IMG/VR virus record: IMGVR_UViG_3300028602_000011
Span: 7,057 to 71,056 of that record
Reading direction: 5' to 3' (one strand)
Source of the DNA: a virus
Taxonomy: Duplodnaviria > Caudoviricetes
DNA: 64,000 bases
Under the pieces are notes generated by a model, which worked only from the letters and a program-made list of their open reading frames with translations, searched no databases and was not told the DNA's origin. Each line of letters opens with the position of its first letter. Positions within the stretch are counted from its first letter, which is position 1. A program made the position numbers and the translations under genes. This document shows positions 57,914 to 64,000 of the stretch, piece by piece.

Positions 57914-58383
57914 TTACTCGCTGTAACTCGAGCCTTTGCCAACCCCAATTTCAACTGTGGGTATTTTTCAAAATCTTCATCTTTAAAATTTAATGCATCT
58001 ATTGTGTCTTGTGCATCAAATGTAATGCAATATTCATGGTTGTTTAGTTCATATACAAACATCTGGTATATGAATCCAGTGCCCTTTGTATCTGCTTCAA
58101 CAGCCTCAACCATTTCTAAATCTTGCCTTTGTATCAATTCTACCCATGCCGGGGCATCTGTTCTTCTGATGTAACCACCACCATGAATGCTAACTAGGCA
58201 TTTTTTATCCTCTTTGGTGAATCCCAATGTAGCCAACCCTTCTTCAAACTGCGCATTGGAGAAAGCAAAGAACATTGGGAATGCTTCAATTTCTTCTCTG
58301 TGCCGCTGTTTCATTTCCAAATACTTATTCATGCTCCCTCCAGTTAATATATTCATGCCATTGTTCATCCGTGCAATGCACAC
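57898..58383 (-). CDS. Conserved phage protein (start probably MNKYLEM)
   Basis: FPMFFAFSNAQF...GGGY...YELNNHEY. Confidence 0.6.
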   Translation of the reverse strand: MCIARMNNGMNILTGGSMNKYLEMKQRHREEIEAFPMFFAFSNAQFEEGLATLGFTKEDKKCLVSIHGGGYIRRTDAPAWVELIQRQDLEMVEAVEADTKGTGFIYQMFVYELNNHEYCITFDAQDTIDALNFKDEDFEKYPQLKLGLAKARVTASKCQEW

Positions 58384-58579
58384 TAGGGTGAATCCTTTTC
58401 ATATCTATGCGCTTATCTACGCATGATATGGTGTTTCCTTCCTGCCAATGCCTATCATCAAAACAGCTTTCACGTACTGGCATTGTGCCACAGTAATCGT
58501 ACGTCAGGCCATTTACTGCATCATAATAATAATCAGCCATTACATCCCTCCCATTATTACGGCTCTCAACTCGAGCCAC
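58325..58579 (-). CDS. Hypothetical protein (start probably MADYYY)
   Basis: GGGAGG SD. Confidence 0.45.
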   Translation of the reverse strand: MARVESRNNGRDVMADYYYDAVNGLTYDYCGTMPVRESCFDDRHWQEGNTISCVDKRIDMKRIHPSVHCTDEQWHEYINWREHE

Positions 58580-58854
58580 CCATGTTGAATCACCACCAAT
58601 TCTACGTAATCATCTGGACCCAATACTACGGTTCCTTCATATATGTATGCTCTGTCCATTGGGTTGAAATCACCCTTATTCATATGGCATACGTGGATAC
58701 AATCAAATTCCCCAATATATCCGGGCATGCTGTCTTTGCCCTGCCAAATCTTGTTCCGCCTGAGTACCACCTTGTGTTGAAAAATACTTATGGCACCCAT
58801 TGTCTTACTCCGCCAAACATATCCTCTAGCCATGCGTTCCTCCTGGGTTTGCAT
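58540..58854 (-). CDS. Hypothetical protein
   Basis: Packed ORF. Confidence 0.45.
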   Translation of the reverse strand: MQTQEERMARGYVWRSKTMGAISIFQHKVVLRRNKIWQGKDSMPGYIGEFDCIHVCHMNKGDFNPMDRAYIYEGTVVLGPDDYVELVVIQHGWLELRAVIMGGM

Positions 58855-58935
58855 TGCTTTTCAAAGATTGTGTACCCTATGCACACACCCTTAATCAAAG
58901 CAAGGGGAATAGGTTTTACCCTACTCCCCTATATA

Positions 58936-59577
58936 TTATTCAGTTGTAGGAACCATTGCTCCCTTTTCTCTGCGATCTTCCTTTTCCTCCCGTCTGTTTT
59001 CTACGGGGCATACTTCCGGCATGTGCGGGTCTGCATTTCCGAGAGGTCCATACGCCCTCTCGTATGTAGTCATTCTCTGCTTGGCCCATGTCTTGTTCCG
59101 ACCATATACTTTAGCCAGATTTGCAATGATGGTCTCCCGGTTCCACAATAAGGCTATGCTCTGCCTAATTGTGGTGGTCTGGTTCACACCCTGCACTCGT
59201 CCCTTACCCATTCCCAAACCCAATCCTTCGGCTCGAGGCTTAGGCTTGCTTTCTGTGGTCTTGGTGCGAATTGCCAGCACTTCCTTCGCTGACCAAACTT
59301 CTGCCCATGCACAGTACACGTTCAAACATTCAATCAAACCCTTTGGAGTTTCTTTCAAATCTCCAATATCAATTAGGTCGGTCAACATTGAATCGAGACC
59401 AAAACCGGCTTCAATAAGTTTGTTAATGAGGCGTGCTGTGGACAGCTTCTTGTGGGATTTGTTGGGAAATAACTTATCACAGAACGCAATAAGGTTAGCT
59501 CTGGTTTCACCCGCTTCGGGGTTATTGAGCATTTCTGCCATTTCAATTGCTTCTACGCTTTGCTGTGTCTTTGCCAT
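58936..59577 (-). CDS. Hypothetical protein with a C-terminal domain shared with ORF 42953-43771
   Basis: GVNQT...RMTTYERAYG; AAGGAG SD and AATCA leader. Confidence 0.7.
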   Translation of the reverse strand: MAKTQQSVEAIEMAEMLNNPEAGETRANLIAFCDKLFPNKSHKKLSTARLINKLIEAGFGLDSMLTDLIDIGDLKETPKGLIECLNVYCAWAEVWSAKEVLAIRTKTTESKPKPRAEGLGLGMGKGRVQGVNQTTTIRQSIALLWNRETIIANLAKVYGRNKTWAKQRMTTYERAYGPLGNADPHMPEVCPVENRREEKEDRREKGAMVPTTE

Positions 59578-59711
59578 TTTATAACTCCTTGTCTTTGCCC
59601 GTAATGGGCGTTGATTGGCGTGTATATATACTGCCCTGCTAACAAATATAAAGTAACCTAGCTAAAAACTAATCGCAAGTAAAAAATGTGATAACTGCAA
59701 ATAAAATTATT

Positions 59712-59942
59712 CTAACGCATAATATAATAATCGTGGGGATCAACTTCAGTTCCATTGAGAAAGTAACGATGCCCAAATTCCCACTCAACCTTCACAATCT
59801 CTCCAATCTCTAATTTACTCAACTCCCGGGCACCAAACACATCACTAGCAATAGGATGATGGATGCCATTGAATGTTTTCACATGTCCGTTTATTGTGGA
59901 CATATTCGTATTTTTTAAATAGGGTACTTTTTTTCTGGCCAT
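59712..59942 (-). CDS. Hypothetical protein
   Basis: AAGGAG SD, TAATG coupling. Confidence 0.55.
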   Translation of the reverse strand: MARKKVPYLKNTNMSTINGHVKTFNGIHHPIASDVFGARELSKLEIGEIVKVEWEFGHRYFLNGTEVDPHDYYIMR

Positions 59943-60271
59943 TACATCTCCTTGAATGTTTCTGCATATTTCATGATTGGTGCCATGTATTTTTCGATGT
60001 TTGTGGTATAATCAGCAATAACATCGTAACCATCATTTCCCATTACAAAGAGAATCCAACCACGCTCATTTCCTTTTTTAATAATCAATTCTGCTTCATC
60101 TAAATCTCTAATCAAATTAAACAACTTGGTAATGCTTCTTGAATTGTGGATGTATTCGACAGTACACCCAAATCCATGCGTGTAAATCAATTCACGCAAA
60201 CATCTGTGAATGATTTTGTTTTCGATTTTGATACACCTTTCAACCATTTTTACTTGTTCTGGAGTAGCCAT
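59942..60271 (-). CDS. Hypothetical protein
   Basis: AAGGAG SD. Confidence 0.6.
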   Translation of the reverse strand: MATPEQVKMVERCIKIENKIIHRCLRELIYTHGFGCTVEYIHNSRSITKLFNLIRDLDEAELIIKKGNERGWILFVMGNDGYDVIADYTTNIEKYMAPIMKYAETFKEM

Positions 60272-60280
60272 GTATTCTCC

Positions 60281-60511
60281 TTATTTGTTTATGGCGATAC
60301 GAAATTTAGAAATACGGTATATTGTATCTAAATTAACAATATGTAATTCGTCAAAGCTGTGTTCAATGCAAAACATAACAGCGTCTTCCAATCTATCCCA
60401 GGGTTCATGCAATGGGTCTGATTTGGTATTGGGTGCTCCAAGAGTATTGCAAGGATACTGAGTATATTCCCCATCTTTTTTCACTGTTGAACAAATTATT
60501 ACATTGTCCAT
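60281..60511 (-). CDS. Hypothetical protein
   Basis: GAGGAG SD. Confidence 0.55.
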   Translation of the reverse strand: MDNVIICSTVKKDGEYTQYPCNTLGAPNTKSDPLHEPWDRLEDAVMFCIEHSFDELHIVNLDTIYRISKFRIAINK

Positions 60512-60948
60512 ATAGCCTGCTCCTCTTTTTCTTTTCTTACTTTTTCTTCCATTGCCGCTGTAATTTTTCGTGCTTCTTTACGGGCTTTGTATTCTTCACC
60601 AACATTGGTATCCAATATCTTAACTGCTAATGAAATGCCACTGTACCCACCAAATCTTCCTACTGTAGAAATAATGTAATTTGGATATCTTTCTTGTAGG
60701 GTTTGGATGATTTTAGTCAGCCTTTGAAACGTGAATAATTTTTTATTCTTTTGGTTATTTTTAATTATCTGTCCACATGTAGGACAATATTCTGCTCCAG
60801 GATATAAATGGTAATACTTAATTCGACGGCCATAACCACGAACATCTGCATAACGCTCACACCAACAAATTCCATTTCCTTTTAAATAGACCTCTATATC
60901 TAATAATGCTATTTTTTGTTCTTCTGTCATGGGCTGGTACTTTTTCAT
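60499..60948 (-). CDS. Hypothetical protein with CPTC motif
   Basis: GAGG SD, TAATG coupling. Confidence 0.55.
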   Translation of the reverse strand: MKKYQPMTEEQKIALLDIEVYLKGNGICWCERYADVRGYGRRIKYYHLYPGAEYCPTCGQIIKNNQKNKKLFTFQRLTKIIQTLQERYPNYIISTVGRFGGYSGISLAVKILDTNVGEEYKARKEARKITAAMEEKVRKEKEEQAIWTM

Positions 60949-61136
60949 TATTTAACCTCTTCAATAAGGTATTCACCAACTGTGTTTCCGTTGGTGTCCC
61001 GAATAATTCCTTCCAACTCTTCATACCGCATATGTATAGCCGCATCTTCGAGGGCACATGCTACGTCATTAGCATGTTTCATGGTGTCATTACCCAATGT
61101 GATTTTCAACACAAACTGATTTGCGCAATTTGCCAT
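60948..61136 (-). CDS. Hypothetical protein (IRDTNGNTVG motif)
   Basis: GAGGAG SD. Confidence 0.6.
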   Translation of the reverse strand: MANCANQFVLKITLGNDTMKHANDVACALEDAAIHMRYEELEGIIRDTNGNTVGEYLIEEVK

Positions 61137-61304
61137 TTTTAAATCTCCTCTTATTGTGCGTTTTTATAGGACGATACAAGTCCGTTTATTTCTGCCCTAA
61201 CCAATACCCATTTATAACATGCCACAAATACTATCACAAGTGATACTTGGCAAATTCACATGAGTATTTTTATTTGTTTACCCTATATAAAGGTAATGGG
61301 CCTC

Positions 61305-61404
61305 TTCAACTCGAGTGGTGTTGCTTTCAACTCGAGGCTTCAACTCGAGTGGTTCTATATTCAACTCGAGGCTTCAACTCGAGTGGTGTTGCTTTCAACT
61401 CGAG
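61305..61404 (+). repeat. Six TTCAACTCGAG copies at alternating 21/13-bp spacing (34-bp period)
   Basis: Copies start at 61305, 61326, 61339, 61360, 61373 and 61394. Confidence 0.9.
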
Positions 61405-61426
61405 TGGTTCTGCTCTGTATTCCTTT

Positions 61427-61487
61427 TTCTTGGTTTTCATTCTTCAATAGTATTCCTCCTAGTTATTCTTGGTTTTCATTCTTCAAT
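61427..61487 (+). repeat. 22-bp direct repeat TTCTTGGTTTTCATTCTTCAAT x2
   Basis: Copies at 61427-61448 and 61466-61487. Confidence 0.85.
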
Positions 61488-61521
61488 TTTCAAAGAACGC
61501 AAGATATGAATAGCATTAGTC

Positions 61522-61557
61522 GAAGTGGGTTAGCATTCGTAATCACCAACCCACTTC
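61522..61557 (-). promoter_or_regulatory. GAAGUGGG stem-loop element A
   Basis: 10-bp perfect stem 7 nt after the stop of ORF 61565-61987. Confidence 0.7.
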
Positions 61558-61564
61558 TTCAATA

Positions 61565-61987
61565 CTATTCTACAGGACCAAAATGTTTATCGAAATACTC
61601 TTCTGGGGTCATACGTCCAATATATATGGCTTTCTGTGCTATACTGTCAGCACTCTCCATATCTAAAAAAATCTCCGTGAGCTTTTCATCGGACAATCCC
61701 GGCCATCTTTTAGCCGCCCAGAATTTCGGGTGGTAACTCTCTCCAAAGTGGTGCAAACACATCACTTGACACACTGTCTCCCATGTAAAATCATCTTCGT
61801 CCCAGAAATAAATGGGCAAGCCATAACTTCCAGGCTTTGAATCTACAATGTACTTCGCCATGGTTTTCCAAATCACTGGGTGCATATCTTTCCAATTAGG
61901 GCACCCAAATTCCTTACCAATGGTAGATACAATATTTTCCCAAGGCAATTCATTGATGTCGTTATCGAAGTTGCTGTGCTGTGCCAT
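61565..61987 (-). CDS. Early-region hypothetical protein (MAQHSNF...)
   Basis: AAGGAG SD with shared leader. Confidence 0.6.
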   Translation of the reverse strand: MAQHSNFDNDINELPWENIVSTIGKEFGCPNWKDMHPVIWKTMAKYIVDSKPGSYGLPIYFWDEDDFTWETVCQVMCLHHFGESYHPKFWAAKRWPGLSDEKLTEIFLDMESADSIAQKAIYIGRMTPEEYFDKHFGPVE

Positions 61988-62002
61988 GGTTAATCTCCTT
62001 TT

Positions 62003-62078
62003 CTTTTGCTTTGCCATGATTGGCGGTGCAATGGTGAATACCACTGTTCGAAGTAAGGTGGCATAGCCACCCCACTTC
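62003..62078 (-). promoter_or_regulatory. Stem-loop element B plus conserved leader
   Basis: GAAGUGGGGUGGC-UAU-GCCACCUUACUUC; a 27-bp block (62003-62029) is identical to 62924-62950. Confidence 0.75.
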
Positions 62079-62085
62079 TTATGTG

Positions 62086-62331
62086 TTATTCGAAATGATC
62101 CATTTCTTTTTGAACTAATGCTTTAATTATTTCTATATCACCTTTAATTACGGTGATTTTTACTGTGCCATCTTCATTGGAAAATGTAGTAACCCAAATA
62201 TTCTTGCCATCTTCCGTTTGGCAGATTGTACTAAATGATGTTAGTTCACCAAACCCAGTTTCTAAAAATAGTCCGGTGCCATAACATAGAGTGTTGTTAG
62301 CCTGTGCGATTTGAATTGCTGTGTTTGCCAT
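62086..62331 (-). CDS. Early-region hypothetical protein
   Basis: AAGGAG SD with shared leader. Confidence 0.6.
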   Translation of the reverse strand: MANTAIQIAQANNTLCYGTGLFLETGFGELTSFSTICQTEDGKNIWVTTFSNEDGTVKITVIKGDIEIIKALVQKEMDHFE

Positions 62332-62416
62332 GGTTAATCTCCTTTTTTTGCTGTGCTGGGCGTGATTGCCCTTGTTGCCTTGCTACCATATACCAGTATA
62401 ATAAAAATACCTACAT

Positions 62417-62458
62417 CACAACGTAAATACCTGTATTCTTGGGAGTATTTACGTTGTG
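62417..62458. repeat. Perfect 14-bp inverted repeat CACAACGTAAATAC / GTATTTACGTTGTG
   Basis: Arms at 62417-62430 and 62445-62458, just after the stop of ORF 62470-62766. Confidence 0.85.
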
Positions 62459-62469
62459 TGTAATTATTT

Positions 62470-62766
62470 TTATTCCTTGCAAAGTTCCATCAATGCAAGG
62501 TTGATACCACTATCAATTCCCGGGCCGCTAATCGGCACAACAGTTCGAACTTCCCTGTCAAGCCCGGAGGGTTTCTTGATAATATTTCCGTGCAACAGTT
62601 GAACCGTACAAATACCCTCACCAGTAATGGTAAGAATAATGTGTTGATTCGTGCCAATGTTTCTAAACACCATAACTCTGGGAGAATTAAAAACAATACT
62701 CCAACCATTCGGCATAGCCATTTCAAGGCTATTGCCATTGTATCTCAAAAAGGGATTCTTATGCAT
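62470..62766 (-). CDS. Early-region hypothetical protein (MHKNPF...)
   Basis: GAGGAGG SD; overlaps the upstream stop. Confidence 0.55.
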   Translation of the reverse strand: MHKNPFLRYNGNSLEMAMPNGWSIVFNSPRVMVFRNIGTNQHIILTITGEGICTVQLLHGNIIKKPSGLDREVRTVVPISGPGIDSGINLALMELCKE

Positions 62767-62914
62767 TGCCCACCTCCTCTTCGTTATCCATACCGTCAAA
62801 AAACTCGAAGTATAATTCTTCAAGCTGTAATGCTTCGTCCCAACTGGCATCACGTTCAAAAGACACCATATCCCCAGTTCTTAATGCCTGTACGTATTCT
62901 TGACTAATACTCAT
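62759..62914 (-). CDS. Early-region small acidic protein (MSISQEY...)
   Basis: AAGGAGG SD with shared leader. Confidence 0.55.
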   Translation of the reverse strand: MSISQEYVQALRTGDMVSFERDASWDEALQLEELYFEFFDGMDNEEEVGNA

Positions 62915-62923
62915 ATCAACCTC

Positions 62924-62998
62924 CTTTTGCTTTGCCATGATTGGCGGTGCTGTGTAGAATACCACTGTTTGAAATGGGCTAGTACCCTAACCCACTTC
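62924..62998 (-). promoter_or_regulatory. Stem-loop element C plus conserved leader
   Basis: GAAGUGGGUUAG-GGUA-CUAGCCCAUUUC; leader shared with element B. Confidence 0.75.
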
Positions 62999-63010
62999 TG
63001 CAGTATTATT

Positions 63011-63199
63011 CTATTTCACCACCATAAAGTCTTCAATGGTCTGTTCTGACCATTTTTTCATCCAATTACCTACGAAACATGCTGGGCTTACCATGCTCTG
63101 CTCGAAATATGTTTCCCAAGCAATAACCGCTTGAGTGTATGAGCACTTAGTTACGGACATAAACGCTTTTACGTGAAAATTACTAAACTTGTCAGCCAT
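63011..63199 (-). CDS. Early-region hypothetical protein (MADKFSN...)
   Basis: AAGGAG SD with shared leader. Confidence 0.6.
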   Translation of the reverse strand: MADKFSNFHVKAFMSVTKCSYTQAVIAWETYFEQSMVSPACFVGNWMKKWSEQTIEDFMVVK

Positions 63200-63375
63200 G
63201 GTTAATCTCCTTTTTTTTGCTGTGCTTTGGCTTGATTGCCTTTGCACCTTACTTGTACCGTACCAATACCCTATAAAGCCAAACGTCACAACATTATACG
63301 GCAAAAAATATGGGACTATTTGCAGGTTATACCATAATAATTATTCAACCAAAAAAAGCCCAGCCAGGTAAAAAC

Positions 63376-63485
63376 TTCAACTCGAGGGCTATGCTCGAGG
63401 GTATTCAAACTACTCAACTCGAGGGCTATGCTCGATGGTATTCGAATATGGTAGCTCGAGTAAATCCCTCGAGGGTATTCGATAT
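63376..63485 (+). repeat. TCGA-rich cluster with a duplicated TCAACTCGAGGGCTATGCTCGA(G/T)GGTATTC unit (37-bp period)
   Basis: Units at 63377-63406 and 63414-63443, plus further CTCGAG/TTCGA sites. Confidence 0.8.
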
Positions 63486-63631
63486 ATGTATTCGATAATA
63501 ACCCTTGAAATAAAATTCACCCAGTATATTCGAATAAAAATACCAGCCACCAAAACATTCTTATTATTTGGCTGAATAACCAAATAGGGTAATAATGGTA
63601 AATTCACCAAATACATTCCCAAGTAAAAGAC

Positions 63632-63669
63632 AAAAAAATAGTGGGCCACCATATTCGGTAACCCACTTC
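63632..63669 (-). terminator. Stem-loop element D, probable intrinsic terminator
   Basis: AGUGGGUUACC-GAAUAU-GGUGGCCCACU followed by AUUUUUU on the minus strand. Confidence 0.7.
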
Positions 63670-63675
63670 TTTTTT

Positions 63676-63771
63676 TTAATGTTGTGCCATGAATGTAAAA
63701 AACAAAACCAACCCAATCATTTCAAGGCAAACTATCGCTGCCATAATATCCATTTTAGTTTTCTTTTTCAT
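63676..63771 (-). CDS. Small single-TM peptide (31 aa, MKKKTKMDIMAAIVCLEMIGLVLFF...)
   Basis: AAGGAG SD; stem-loop D follows its stop. Confidence 0.45.
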   Translation of the reverse strand: MKKKTKMDIMAAIVCLEMIGLVLFFTFMAQH

Positions 63772-63873
63772 TTTATTTGCTCCTTGGTTTCAACTCGAAG
63801 GGTTTTTCAACTCGAGTGGTTTTACTGGCTGTCCACTATTCAGGTAACACAGGGCACTTTTTTGTGTTACTGG

Positions 63874-64000
63874 TGCCAAAACAAATCACATGCCAAAACA
63901 AATCACATGCCAAAACAAATCACATGCCAAAACAAATCACATGCCAAAACAAATCACATGCCAAAACAAATCACATGCCAAAACAAATCACATGCCAAAA
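63874..64000 (+). repeat. Perfect tandem 17-bp repeat TGCCAAAACAAATCACA, at least 7.5 copies, runs off window end
   Basis: Copies start at 63874, 63891, 63908, 63925, 63942, 63959, 63976 and 63993. Confidence 0.95.

Noticed and set aside
61305-61404. CRISPR-like array
   Set aside because: The repeat is 11 bp and spacers are 2-10 bp and themselves repeated. No cas genes are present. The same applies to the 52069 and 63874 arrays.
61247-61736. + strand ORFs across the TTCAACTCGAG array
   Set aside because: They are repetitive translations of the array, antisense to the local gene orientation, with no convincing SD.
61522-63669. Integron attC sites flanking gene cassettes
   Set aside because: The stems lack the RYYYAAC...GTTRRRY outer boxes in the right order, and no tyrosine recombinase is in the window.
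1-64000. tRNA or rRNA genes
   Set aside because: GTTCGA-type hits I noticed fall in coding sequence or lack cloverleaf context. A tRNAscan run would be needed to exclude them fully.
1-64000. Lysogeny module (integrase, repressor)
   Set aside because: No recombinase or CI-like motifs were recognised. One could lie outside the window, so the lifestyle is not settled.

Overview
The window is a 64-kb piece of an AT-rich, long-tailed (siphovirus-like) dsDNA phage genome. The overlapping spanin pair points to a Gram-negative host, and no integrase or repressor is visible. It has two convergent halves. The + strand (1-23.7 kb) starts with a diversity-generating retroelement (DGR): a partial C-type-lectin-fold target gene with a variable repeat (VR), a template repeat (TR) and a reverse transcriptase (RT), but no visible avd. 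It continues with head genes (an intein-containing gp7-like protein, a DUF2213-like protein, the capsid), a Maf/DUF115-like transferase plus sulfotransferase pair, tail genes with a -1 frameshifted chaperone, and a lysis cassette. The - strand (23.7-64 kb) carries recombination and replication genes: split Rad50 with Mre11, RecA, SSB, clamp and clamp loader, a split family A polymerase with a mini-intein, DnaB, DnaC and primase. It also has thyX and dcd, a 7-deazaguanine DNA-modification cluster (dpdA, folE, queD, intein-split queE, two queC paralogs), a sigma-like factor and a SNF2 helicase. An early region of small genes is punctuated by repeated stem-loops, shared leaders and TTCAACTCGAG repeat clusters. 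All product calls come from motif recognition by eye; no database searches were run.
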